Shown: piece by piece, positions 20,695-30,007 of the stretch | Numbering within the stretch: the first letter of the stretch is position 1 | Layout of the letters: every line of letters begins with the position of its first letter | Source of the DNA: an uncultured Clostridium sp. | GTDB taxonomy: Bacteria > Bacillota_I > Bacilli_A > RF39 > UBA660 | DNA: 64,000 bases | Direction of reading: 5' to 3' | NCBI GenBank assembly: GCA_947427095.1 | Contig: CANEGO010000002.1 | Coordinates: 27,888-91,887, forward strand | Program-made: the position numbers and the translations under genes | Notes under the pieces: generated by a model | The model's input: only the letters and a program-made list of their open reading frames with translations | The model's database searches: none | What the model was told of the DNA's origin: nothing

Positions 20695-20713
20695 TTCCTA
20701 AAGATAGTATATC

Positions 20714-20739
20714 AAAAAAGAGCTATTTATGATAGCTCT
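20714..20739 (-). terminator. terminator overlapping the last codons of the 583-aa gene
   Basis: Minus strand: AGAGCTAT, cataa loop, ATAGCTCT, then TTTTT. The hairpin contains the TAG stop. Confidence 0.6.
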
Positions 20740-22474
20740 CTTCATTTATCCTGCTCATAAGATTTTCATATTGGTCATTAAATCTTGTTTTTATTCCATT
20801 TATGGGAATCTTACATTCATTTTCTGTTAAAACAGCGCTATCATCATTAGATACGTAATATGTGTGTTCTATCTGATTATCATTTGTTTTTTCATCACTA
20901 TAAATTACTTTGCATACACTAACAAACCCATTTTCTATTGCTTCCTGTATAGTATATACTTTTGAAGGTATATATTCCTTTGTATATTTATTATAATTCT
21001 CAATTTTAATAAGGCTATCAAAATGAATATAATATATTTCATCTTCGCTTCTTACTACTTTACCTCTTATATATTGATTATCATTATAATTTTCTACTAA
21101 TTCATATTCTTTACTATTTAATATCATATCATAAGTAGGATTTTCTACTTTGATATATTCTTTATAACCTATCTTTTTATCTATAATTCCACTTTTAGCG
21201 AGCATAGCAAGCATAATATTATTTGCCTCTTTAAGTTCTATAAATTCCACATCATTCATCTTGGGTGGTATTAAAAATTTTCTTGAATCAAAAACAGATG
21301 TTCTTATACCAAAATCATGACTAGTTACACAACTCATAATATCTTTATTTTCACTTATATCATGACCATACATATTTTTATATAATTTATATAATATTGT
21401 TTCTATTTCCTTGTGCACTTCCGCATCTTCACCAGATTCTAATCCAGAGGTAGCAAGACAATGCTTTAAAGTTAAAACATCTTTGGTTGAAAGATGAGTG
21501 TTTAAAATTTCATTTAATCTATTATCGTCACCACCAAATGATAATTCATATATAACCTCAGGCCCTACAATATTTATTAATAATTTTAAATTATTTACTA
21601 CACTGAAATACTTGTAAGATCCGTAACCAAGTAATTCACTTGACATAAGTTCTGCAACACCCTCGTTTAAATAATAATAGTTAGTTCCTTCTGCTTGAAG
21701 TAAGTGAATAAATTCATGCATAGAATCATGTGTTTTATATGGACTATCCGAATTACAGATATTAATAACATTAGGTTCAGAAGAATTATAATATCCATCA
21801 ATGCTATAATAATTTGGATTTTCAGAACCAAAGTATTCAATTCTTAAATTATCAAATTTCAAGCGTGCAGTATATTCTAATGCTGAACCTTTATAGTAGG
21901 AAAACACAAGTTTTAATAAATCCTCATTTGCTGCAACTTGTTTTAATTCATTTGGAAAATTACTAGAATTAATATAATCTATTGCATCTTTATAATCAAT
22001 AGGTTCATAATTCTTCATGCCAACAACATCTGATATGTTGTGTGATATATAAGCTGATAAATTTGTATTTACATTAAAATTTGTTTTTGCAATAAAAGTA
22101 AAACCAGTTAAAGTTAAAGATACCGTAAGCCCTGCAATCATAAACCTTTTAAAAAAGGAATCAAATTCATCTTCTTTCTTGTATAAGATAGCATCTTTTC
22201 CATTATACTTAAATAACATATCATAATCTTCTTTTCCACTTAATAAGAAATGTTTTAGTCCTGTTAAAGGATTATAATACACATCATATTCTCTAAACTT
22301 AGTTAAGTATTCACAATTATTACCAAGTTTAAATTTAGAAAAAATAGAATTGATATAATGTGTATTCGATTTAGAAAAACCATCTGCCGATACATGTAAA
22401 GAAACAAAAGTATTATCTTTTAAAAATAAATATTCATATGTTTTATCCAAGTTTTTTATAATTCCAACTAACAT
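20723..22474 (-). CDS. putative membrane-anchored gluzincin-type zinc metallopeptidase
   Basis: HEFIH followed by LNEGVAE (HExxH...NEGxAE). One TM helix (MIAGLTVSLTLTGFTFIA). No other similarity recognised. Confidence 0.5.
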   Translation of the reverse strand: MLVGIIKNLDKTYEYLFLKDNTFVSLHVSADGFSKSNTHYINSIFSKFKLGNNCEYLTKFREYDVYYNPLTGLKHFLLSGKEDYDMLFKYNGKDAILYKKEDEFDSFFKRFMIAGLTVSLTLTGFTFIAKTNFNVNTNLSAYISHNISDVVGMKNYEPIDYKDAIDYINSSNFPNELKQVAANEDLLKLVFSYYKGSALEYTARLKFDNLRIEYFGSENPNYYSIDGYYNSSEPNVINICNSDSPYKTHDSMHEFIHLLQAEGTNYYYLNEGVAELMSSELLGYGSYKYFSVVNNLKLLINIVGPEVIYELSFGGDDNRLNEILNTHLSTKDVLTLKHCLATSGLESGEDAEVHKEIETILYKLYKNMYGHDISENKDIMSCVTSHDFGIRTSVFDSRKFLIPPKMNDVEFIELKEANNIMLAMLAKSGIIDKKIGYKEYIKVENPTYDMILNSKEYELVENYNDNQYIRGKVVRSEDEIYYIHFDSLIKIENYNKYTKEYIPSKVYTIQEAIENGFVSVCKVIYSDEKTNDNQIEHTYYVSNDDSAVLTENECKIPINGIKTRFNDQYENLMSRINEESYHK

Positions 22475-22516
22475 AATAACTCCTACCTTTAATATTAATA
22501 ATTATATCAAAACCAA

Positions 22517-22543
22517 GAAAAAAAAGCTACTTATGATAGCTTT
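22517..22543 (-). terminator. rlmH terminator
   Basis: Minus strand: AAAGCTA, 7-nt loop, TAGCTTT, then a T run. Contains the rlmH TAG stop. Confidence 0.6.
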
Positions 22544-22973
22544 CATTATTTATTATTTTAAAGGACCTATATATTTGTTCTAATAATATTATCCTAAAAA
22601 GTTGATGTGGAAAAGTCAAATCAGAAAAAGATAATGCGTAATTAGATCTATTTAGTACATCTTTTGATAAGCCATTTGACCCACCAATTACAAAGGTAAT
22701 ACCTTTTGAAATATTTTTATCAATAAACTCTGATAGTTCTACTGATGAAAGCTTTTTACCATCAATTTCTAGAGTCACGACGTAATCTTTATCAGATATT
22801 TTAGAAAGAATATTTTTACCTTCTTCTAACACTGTTTTAGTTTCATCATAATTATAGTCCGATAATTCAATAATCTCTAATTTTGTATATTTAGTTAATC
22901 TTTTTAAATATTCTTCTATCGCAAGAGTAAAATACTTTTCTTTTATTTTTCCAACACAGATTATCTTAATCAT
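22527..22973 (-). CDS. rlmH: 23S rRNA (pseudouridine1915-N3)-methyltransferase
   Basis: SPOUT RlmH pattern: IICVGKIKEKY ... GGSNGL ... C-terminal YHK. Confidence 0.9.
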   Translation of the reverse strand: MIKIICVGKIKEKYFTLAIEEYLKRLTKYTKLEIIELSDYNYDETKTVLEEGKNILSKISDKDYVVTLEIDGKKLSSVELSEFIDKNISKGITFVIGGSNGLSKDVLNRSNYALSFSDLTFPHQLFRIILLEQIYRSFKIINNESYHK

Positions 22974-23737
22974 ACTTCTATCCAATCCGTCCTTTGTTTT
23001 TGTTTTGCTATTAAAACTTTTTTTACCTTCTTATTCTTAGTGTTTAATACGCCAGTTAACGTATTTAATGCTTTTTCATACGTATTATTATCATCGCTTA
23101 AATGGGCTAATACAATAGTATTTGTTTTATCACCAATAAATTCTGACAAATAAAATGAAGCATCGGCATTTGATAAATGTCCTTTATCACTTAAAATTCT
23201 TTGCTTCAAATGAAATGGGTAGTTACCATTCATTAACATTTCAGTATCATGATTACTTTCCATTATATATAAATTATGGTTACTTAAAGAGGCAAAATAT
23301 TTATTATTTATGTAACCCGTATCAGTTATATATACTAGTGATCTATCATTGCCTTTAATTATGAATCCAACTGAACCTTTTACGTCATGTGAGGTCTTTA
23401 TGACATCTATTTCTATATCTTCTATATTAAAATTTGATGTTTCATATAATTCATAATCAAAATCTTCTATATATTCATGTAATAACGATAGTATAACTTT
23501 ATTAACGTACAATTTAGGATTATACTTCTTAAGAAAAACTTTTAATCCTTGTATGTGATCCACGTGGGTGTGTGTTATTAATATTGCTTTTATTTCATTA
23601 GGATCCACTTTTAATTCCTCTAATTTTTCTTCAACATAAGATTTAGTAACACCAAGATCTATTAAAACCTTGGTGTTGCCTGATTCTATTAAAACACTAT
23701 TACCCTTGCTACCACTAGATAATACACAAACTCTCAT
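22970..23737 (-). CDS. MBL-fold metallohydrolase, YycJ/WalJ-like
   Basis: HTHVDH motif. Position upstream of rlmH matches the walJ-rlmH arrangement in Bacilli. Confidence 0.8.
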   Translation of the reverse strand: MRVCVLSSGSKGNSVLIESGNTKVLIDLGVTKSYVEEKLEELKVDPNEIKAILITHTHVDHIQGLKVFLKKYNPKLYVNKVILSLLHEYIEDFDYELYETSNFNIEDIEIDVIKTSHDVKGSVGFIIKGNDRSLVYITDTGYINNKYFASLSNHNLYIMESNHDTEMLMNGNYPFHLKQRILSDKGHLSNADASFYLSEFIGDKTNTIVLAHLSDDNNTYEKALNTLTGVLNTKNKKVKKVLIAKQKQRTDWIEV

Positions 23738-25212
23738 TACCGATACAAAATAAGTGGATCAAGTGGGGTGCCATCTCTATATGGCATACCATTTTTATAT
23801 AGACCAAAGTGCAGATGCGTTCCTGTTGCAAAACCAGTATGTCCCATCGTTCCAATTTGCTGACCTTTTTCTACTGTCTGTCCAACTTGAACAGTTCTTG
23901 AATGTAAATGGGCATATAATGTATAATAACCATTTCCGTGATTTATTGTAACGTGATTTCCTAGACTTCCTTTATTTTGAGAAGTGACTACCGTACCTGA
24001 CCCTGCTGCAAATATAGGAGAACCTTCCCCAGAACCGGCAATATCTAAAGCTTCATGAACTTTACCCCAACGATAACCAAAGTAACTAGAAATATAATAT
24101 TGAGAAATTGTCGGCCATGCCCAAGAACCTGACATGATAGGTGCAGTCGCACCACCACTTGAAATTTTTGTACCAACTTTTACAACCTTATCAACAGCTG
24201 GCGTTATAACTTCTCTACTTACTATTACAACGTTAGTTGTTTCCCCGTTTACGGTTTTAAGCTTAGTTGTTAAACGATCTATTCCATTTTGACCTTCAAC
24301 TTCAACCTTTTGAATTCCAGCATTCATACTAGCATCATACTCTGTTGTTGTTTTATATTGAGTCTCTTGATCTAATATCGTATGTGATTCGACCACCACA
24401 TCAACAATTGGTGCAATAAGACCTACTTTTACTTGTTGGCCTACCGACAACAAATTATTAGCACTAGTAAACTCAGGGTTAACAACTAAAAATTCTGCCG
24501 TTGCCAATTTATGATCATATGCAATTGAATCAATGGTATCGCCTTCCTTTACGGTATAATATTGGTCTTCTTTTAGATTACCAAAAAGTAAAAACTTAGT
24601 AAGCATTTTTTCATCTGTAAATATTTGTTCATCAGTAGAAACATACCCTTTTTTTATAGTAATATCTTGATCAATATATATATCCTCTATTATTGCACCA
24701 GTTTCCTTTATTTCTGGTTGGGTATCATTCTCATAATTCTTAATTTGTTCAGCACTTATGAAAGCTTCTACAACCGCTCTTAAAGATTTATCAAAAATAT
24801 CCTTATCAAGTACGTTAATTACTATTCTTTCATCAGTTTCACTAGCTGGTTTTATTGTTATCTTATAGCCTTTAACAGTAAAAGGTTTTTCCTCTTTTAT
24901 CAAATTATGAACCTGTTTAGCGGTAAGAACCTCTTTTTCATAAGTTGTACACTTTTGAATATCTACCCCTGTTGGAATATATACCTTTTCCACAGAATAC
25001 TTCTCTTTTAGTTCTTTTTGTTCATCATTTATATATTCTTCTAGCTCTTCTTTATCTTTTATGTTACCAACAACTTTTCCATCCAAATATACTTTATAAA
25101 CTTCTTTCGGACTAAGTTCGTAATTATCAGCAAAATTAACAATCACTACAATTAAAACCGCCAAGAAAAGAGAAAAAACATAAATTAACCCCGTTTTTAT
25201 CACTTTTATCAT
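23737..25212 (-). CDS. M23 peptidase with LysM and G5 domains
   Basis: N-terminal TM helix. LysM (YTVKEGDTIDSIA). G5-like segment. C-terminal HEALDI...HLHFG. Confidence 0.8.
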   Translation of the reverse strand: MIKVIKTGLIYVFSLFLAVLIVVIVNFADNYELSPKEVYKVYLDGKVVGNIKDKEELEEYINDEQKELKEKYSVEKVYIPTGVDIQKCTTYEKEVLTAKQVHNLIKEEKPFTVKGYKITIKPASETDERIVINVLDKDIFDKSLRAVVEAFISAEQIKNYENDTQPEIKETGAIIEDIYIDQDITIKKGYVSTDEQIFTDEKMLTKFLLFGNLKEDQYYTVKEGDTIDSIAYDHKLATAEFLVVNPEFTSANNLLSVGQQVKVGLIAPIVDVVVESHTILDQETQYKTTTEYDASMNAGIQKVEVEGQNGIDRLTTKLKTVNGETTNVVIVSREVITPAVDKVVKVGTKISSGGATAPIMSGSWAWPTISQYYISSYFGYRWGKVHEALDIAGSGEGSPIFAAGSGTVVTSQNKGSLGNHVTINHGNGYYTLYAHLHSRTVQVGQTVEKGQQIGTMGHTGFATGTHLHFGLYKNGMPYRDGTPLDPLILYR

Positions 25213-25214
25213 AA

Positions 25215-26558
25215 CTACTCACCATTCTCCCTTTGAAAATTAACAAACGTACTGGTATCCATTCTAAACAATAACTCAATTGTTTTAGTAGGACCACTTC
25301 TGTTCTTTCCAATTATAAGTTCAGTTATACTTGCATTATCATCTCTTCTTTTTTCTTTATTATAATAATCATCTCGATATAAGAAAGATACAATGTCAGC
25401 ATCTTGTTCAATAGATCCAGATTCACGTAAATCACTCATTATTGGTCTTTTATCTTCTCTTGCCTCTACAGCACGGGATAGTTGAGCTAAAGCAATAACT
25501 GGCACACCCAATTCAAGTGCCATTGTTTTTAAACTACGAGATATTTCCGAAACTTCTTGTTGTCTGTTTCCAGCTGTTTTAGCTGGTCCCGTTATAAGCT
25601 GTAGATAGTCAATTACAACTAGGCCTAATCCTTTATCAGAATTAGCAAGTCTTCTACATTTTGATCTTATTTCGCCAATTGTAATACCCGGAGTATCATC
25701 TAAAAACAAATTAGTATCAGATAATCTACTAATCGCTTCGTTAAGTCTTTTCCAATCATTGTGTTCAAGTCTTCCGGTTCTCATCTTAATTCCATTTATC
25801 TGTCCTAAAGATTGAAGAATCCTATTAGCAAGTTGCTCAGCACTCATTTCTAAGTTAAATAACGCAACCGACTTATTTCCATGCATTGCTGCATAAGTTG
25901 CAAGATTAAGTGCAAAGGCTGTTTTACCCATCGCCGGTCTTGCAGCTATTATAATAAACTGATTAGGTTGAAGTCCAGCGGTTAGTCTATCCAATTCGGT
26001 AAATCCTGTTGCAAGTCCGGTTATTTCAGATCCTTGTTCGGCTAACTTCTCAAGGTTAGATTGTTCACGGTACGCAACATCTTGAATTCTTTGAAATTCA
26101 GTAGTTTTTCTCATGTTTCCAATTCGAAGCATTTTCATTTCAGCACTATCCAAAACATCATAAATTGAATCTTCTGATGCATACGCATCATTAGCTATTT
26201 CGGTTGCCGTTTCTATTATTTTTCTACCAATCATTTTTTCTTTTACAATATTAATGTAATACTCAACATTCGAAGTACTTGGAACAGAATCAATTATCTC
26301 AGATAAATATTCTACGTTTCCAACTTGACTTAATATTTTCTTATCATTTAGTTTATTAGTTAATATTGTTATATCAATTGGCACGGAATTATCATTTAAC
26401 TCTTGCAATGTTTCAAAAATTTTAGCATTTGCCTCGCTATAAAATGACTCAGATGATAATTCATCACAAATTTTCTGTAAAGCATTTTTTGATAAAAAAG
26501 CAGACCCTAACACGGCTTTTTCTGCTTCAACGCTATTTGGTATATTTCTTTCTGCCAT
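25215..26558 (-). CDS. dnaB: replicative DNA helicase
   Basis: Walker A ARPAMGKT, DYLQL, and RecA-like C-terminal motifs. Confidence 0.95.
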   Translation of the reverse strand: MAERNIPNSVEAEKAVLGSAFLSKNALQKICDELSSESFYSEANAKIFETLQELNDNSVPIDITILTNKLNDKKILSQVGNVEYLSEIIDSVPSTSNVEYYINIVKEKMIGRKIIETATEIANDAYASEDSIYDVLDSAEMKMLRIGNMRKTTEFQRIQDVAYREQSNLEKLAEQGSEITGLATGFTELDRLTAGLQPNQFIIIAARPAMGKTAFALNLATYAAMHGNKSVALFNLEMSAEQLANRILQSLGQINGIKMRTGRLEHNDWKRLNEAISRLSDTNLFLDDTPGITIGEIRSKCRRLANSDKGLGLVVIDYLQLITGPAKTAGNRQQEVSEISRSLKTMALELGVPVIALAQLSRAVEAREDKRPIMSDLRESGSIEQDADIVSFLYRDDYYNKEKRRDDNASITELIIGKNRSGPTKTIELLFRMDTSTFVNFQRENGE

Positions 26559-26578
26559 TTTATCACTTCCTTAACTTG

Positions 26579-27019
26579 TTATTTAACTAACGAAACCCTT
26601 ATACTTGCCTTTACTTCTTTATGCAAATTTATTTTTACATCATGAAATCCAAGGGTACATAATGGTTCATCAAGCACTATTTTTTTCTTATCTATTTTAT
26701 ACCCCTTTTTTTCTAATTCCATTGAGATTTGTTTAGTAGATATACTGCCAAACACTTGATCTTGTTTACCAGTTTTAACACTAAAGGTTAAAACTATATT
26801 CTTTAATTCATCCTTTATTTTTTTACATTCTTTAATTTCTGTTGCTAATGCATCAGCCTTATTTTTATTATTTATATCTAATATTTCTTTACTTCTTTTT
26901 GTATAGGCAACAGCATATCCATTTTTAATTAAAAAGTTTTGTGCGTATCCATCCTTTACTTCCTTTATCTCACCAGCTTTGCCTTGGGCTTTTACGTCCT
27001 TTGTAAATATAACCTTCAT
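26579..27019 (-). CDS. rplI: 50S ribosomal protein L9
   Basis: MKVIFTKDVKAQGKAGEIKEVKDGYAQNFL. Confidence 0.95.
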   Translation of the reverse strand: MKVIFTKDVKAQGKAGEIKEVKDGYAQNFLIKNGYAVAYTKRSKEILDINNKNKADALATEIKECKKIKDELKNIVLTFSVKTGKQDQVFGSISTKQISMELEKKGYKIDKKKIVLDEPLCTLGFHDVKINLHKEVKASIRVSLVK

Positions 27020-27123
27020 AATATCCCACCTTTTAATTACAAAAATATGTATAAATATTATATCATAATTTTTATTTAAATAAAAGAAAAGAAAGCTATG
27101 CGATTTTTCACATACTTTCCTTT

Positions 27124-27339
27124 TTATTTTGAGAATGGTAGTAATGCTATCATTCTAGCTCTTTTAATTTGTTGTGCTATATGTCTTTGGTGCTTAGAGC
27201 AAGCTCCTGTAACTCTTCTAGGTAAAATCTTACCTTTTTCATTTATATATTTTCTTAGTATTTCAGGATCTTTATAATCTACGCTCTTTCCAGCACACAT
27301 TTGACATATTTTCTTTTTCTTTCTAAAAAACTCTGCCAT
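27124..27339 (-). CDS. rpsR: 30S ribosomal protein S18
   Basis: DYKD...LRKYI...[10 protein letters not shown]...HQR. Confidence 0.95.
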   Translation of the reverse strand: MAEFFRKKKKICQMCAGKSVDYKDPEILRKYINEKGKILPRRVTGACSKHQRHIAQQIKRARMIALLPFSK

Positions 27340-27360
27340 CTGTATTCCTCCTTCTTTTAA

Positions 27361-27831
27361 TTAAAATGCAATATCGTCATCTGATATTTCTATGCTGCTA
27401 CCAAAATCTGCAAAAACATCATCAGAAACATTAGTTTCCTTTATAGGCGCATCAGTTTGAAAATCCGCAGGTGATACATTATCCTCACCAACAGGTGCTA
27501 CTGAGCTCCCAGAATTTCTAGTATCAAGAAATTGTACACGATCTGCTACAACTTCGGTAACATAGACACGTTTACCATCTTTATCTTCGTAATTACGAGT
27601 TTGAATTCTTCCATCAACCGCAACTAAAGAACCTTTAGTAACATATTTTTTTATATTTTCAGCTTGTTTTTGAAATGCAACTATGTTAATAAAATCGGTT
27701 TCCCTTTGACCTTGATTATTAGTATATTGTCTATCTATCGCAATAGAGAAGTTTACTATTGCGGCATTACTAGATGAATATCTAAGATCTGGGTCCCTGG
27801 TTAATCTTCCGATTAAAAACGCTTTATTCAT
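27361..27831 (-). CDS. ssb: single-stranded DNA-binding protein
   Basis: OB-fold N-terminus MNKAFLIGRLTRDPDLRY. Acidic tail DDDIAF. Confidence 0.95.
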   Translation of the reverse strand: MNKAFLIGRLTRDPDLRYSSSNAAIVNFSIAIDRQYTNNQGQRETDFINIVAFQKQAENIKKYVTKGSLVAVDGRIQTRNYEDKDGKRVYVTEVVADRVQFLDTRNSGSSVAPVGEDNVSPADFQTDAPIKETNVSDDVFADFGSSIEISDDDIAF

Positions 27832-27850
27832 TTTGTTTCCTCGATTCCTA

Positions 27851-28135
27851 TTAATCTTCTTTTACTATTATATGACGAATAACGTCTTCACTTATTAACG
27901 CTAAACGATCAAACTCATTAATTGCTTTTGCATCATTTGATTCAATGTTAATTAAGAAGTAGTATCCAGTTTTAAATCCTTTTACTTCATACGCTAATTC
28001 CTTTTGACCTAAATCTTTTGAAGAAGATACTTTAGCGCCATTATCTGCTAAAACTTTTTCAAAGCTTTTAGCAACGTCCTTTACGGCGTTTTCTTCAAGG
28101 TTTGGTCTAACAATGAACATAATTTCGTATTTCAT
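27851..28135 (-). CDS. rpsF: 30S ribosomal protein S6
   Basis: MKYEIMFIVRP...LAYEV. Confidence 0.95.
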   Translation of the reverse strand: MKYEIMFIVRPNLEENAVKDVAKSFEKVLADNGAKVSSSKDLGQKELAYEVKGFKTGYYFLINIESNDAKAINEFDRLALISEDVIRHIIVKED

Positions 28136-28140
28136 TTTAT

Positions 28141-28224
28141 CTTTCCTCCTCTTTTGGTCTATTCGGCTCCTAATCTAGTTAAGAGCAAGAGAGTAAATTT
28201 CCTTACTCGCTTTGTATTATAACA
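28141..28224 (-). promoter_or_regulatory. rpsF operon promoter (TGTTATAAT) and structured 5' leader
   Basis: Extended -10 at 28216-28224. Leader hairpin GAGTAA...TTACTC at 28191-28208. GAGGAGG SD. Confidence 0.4.
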
Positions 28225-28251
28225 AAAAAGAAGATTTATGTAAACCTTCTT
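28223..28251 (-). terminator. ychF terminator
   Basis: Minus strand: AAGAAG, 12-nt loop, CTTCTT, then TTTTTG. Confidence 0.5.
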
Positions 28252-28379
28252 TTTTATATTATATTCATCAACTTTAACTATTAGAATGGTCAATTTTCAT
28301 CATTTGACAACATTTCAAATTTTTTAGTCTTATTTTCAATTTTTTAATTAGTCTGTTTACTTTCTTTTAATAACTATGG

Positions 28380-29477
28380 CTAGTTATTAAACCTAAATAA
28401 ACAAACATCTCCATCTTGCATAACGTATTCTTTACCTTCGCTTCTAAGTTTACCGGCTTCTTTAGCACCTTTTTCACCTTTATACTTTTCATAATCAGAA
28501 AAAGAAATTACTTCCGCTCTTATAAAACCTTTTTCAAAATCGCTATGGATAATTCCAGCACAGGCTGGTGCCTTCATTCCTTTTTTAAAAGTCCATGCTC
28601 TAACTTCTTTAGGCCCCGCAGTGAAATATGTTTGAAGACCCAAAAGTGAATATGATGCCTTAATAAGTTTGTCAAGGCCACTTTCTTCTATACCCAAATC
28701 AGACAAGAAAGCTTCTTTTTCTTCGTCTTCGAAACCACTTAACTCCTCTTCAATCTTGGCGCACAAAACGATTACTTCTGCATTATCTTTTTTAGCATAT
28801 TCTTTTACATCTTTTACGTAAGCGTTATCACTACCTATTTCGTCTTCTTTAATGTTTGCCACGTAAATAATTGGTTTCATGGTAAGAAGATTAAAGGCTT
28901 TTAAAATTTTTAAATCTTCTTCAGTATATTCTAATTTTCTAGCGGGAATATTATCCTCTAATGCCACTTTAATACGTTTTAAAAGTTCAACTTCTTTTAA
29001 GGCGCCTTTATCCTTTGTAGACACCGCTTTTTTTTCTATTCTACTAAGTCTATTATCAATAACTTCTAAATCACAGAAAATAAATTCTACATCTATTATT
29101 TCTATATCACGTAGTGGATTTGCCCCACCTTCCACGTGTGTTATATTAGAATCATCAAAACATCTTACTACTTCTACTATTGCGTCTACATCTCTTATGT
29201 GTGATAAAAATTTATTACCTAATCCTTCTCCGTGTGATGCCCCCTTTACTAATCCTGCAATATCCGTAAATTCAAACGTCGTTGGAACCAAACTATTTGG
29301 TTTTATTAAATCATTTAAAAAATCTAATCTTTTATCCGGTACGGTAACCATTCCAACATTTGGTTCAATAGTTGCAAAAGGATAATTAGCTGCTAAAATA
29401 TTTTTCTTTGTAATTGCATTAAACAACGTTGATTTACCAACGTTAGGTAAACCTACTATACCTGCTGTAAGTGGCAT
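28380..29477 (-). CDS. ychF: ribosome-binding ATPase YchF
   Basis: GLPNVGKST G1 motif. TGS-like C-terminus. Full-length similarity. Confidence 0.95.
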   Translation of the reverse strand: MPLTAGIVGLPNVGKSTLFNAITKKNILAANYPFATIEPNVGMVTVPDKRLDFLNDLIKPNSLVPTTFEFTDIAGLVKGASHGEGLGNKFLSHIRDVDAIVEVVRCFDDSNITHVEGGANPLRDIEIIDVEFIFCDLEVIDNRLSRIEKKAVSTKDKGALKEVELLKRIKVALEDNIPARKLEYTEEDLKILKAFNLLTMKPIIYVANIKEDEIGSDNAYVKDVKEYAKKDNAEVIVLCAKIEEELSGFEDEEKEAFLSDLGIEESGLDKLIKASYSLLGLQTYFTAGPKEVRAWTFKKGMKAPACAGIIHSDFEKGFIRAEVISFSDYEKYKGEKGAKEAGKLRSEGKEYVMQDGDVCLFRFNN

Positions 29478-29546
29478 ATAATCACTTCCTTCTTTTGGTA
29501 TTATATCATAAATAAAAAAAACAACAATGTGTTTTGTTGCTTTTAT

Positions 29547-29831
29547 TTAACGACTTCTGCCATTACTCCTGTCATATTCTTCCTCTGATGAATCCATACT
29601 CTTAACAAGTGTTTTTCTTAAAACCATACCTAATGAATAAGGCATTATACTATAATTGGTTCCCATTAATTCACCCTGTTCATTAACATAGGTTGCATTT
29701 AAATCATCTAATGTTTTATATTTTGCATTATCTACTGATATATTGTTTTTTTTAATTCTTTCAGATATAACCCTTTCTAAGGCAAGCAAAGTTTCAAAAT
29801 ATACTTCTACCCCATAATCAGAATATAACAT
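29547..29831 (-). CDS. hypothetical protein (94 aa)
   Basis: ORF only. No recognised motif. Confidence 0.35.
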   Translation of the reverse strand: MLYSDYGVEVYFETLLALERVISERIKKNNISVDNAKYKTLDDLNATYVNEQGELMGTNYSIMPYSLGMVLRKTLVKSMDSSEEEYDRSNGRSR

Positions 29832-29868
29832 ACTACTATTTTCCTCTGCTATTGAAGTAGGATATATA

Positions 29869-29994
29869 TTAATAAAATCTACTAATTTTAAAAACTCCTA
29901 CTGGTATAATATCTGATATCTCTCCATACGAAAGCATTACACTAACATTTCTTTTAATTGATTCAATTATCTCATTATTATTATCTTTATACAT
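29869..29994 (-). CDS. possible small ORF (41 aa)
   Basis: ATG preceded by AAGGGAG. Sequence MYKDNNNEIIESIKRNVSVMLSYGEISDIIPVGVFKISRFY. Below the ORF-track length cutoff. Confidence 0.25.
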   Translation of the reverse strand: MYKDNNNEIIESIKRNVSVMLSYGEISDIIPVGVFKISRFY

Positions 29995-30007
29995 ATCTAT
30001 ATCTCCC

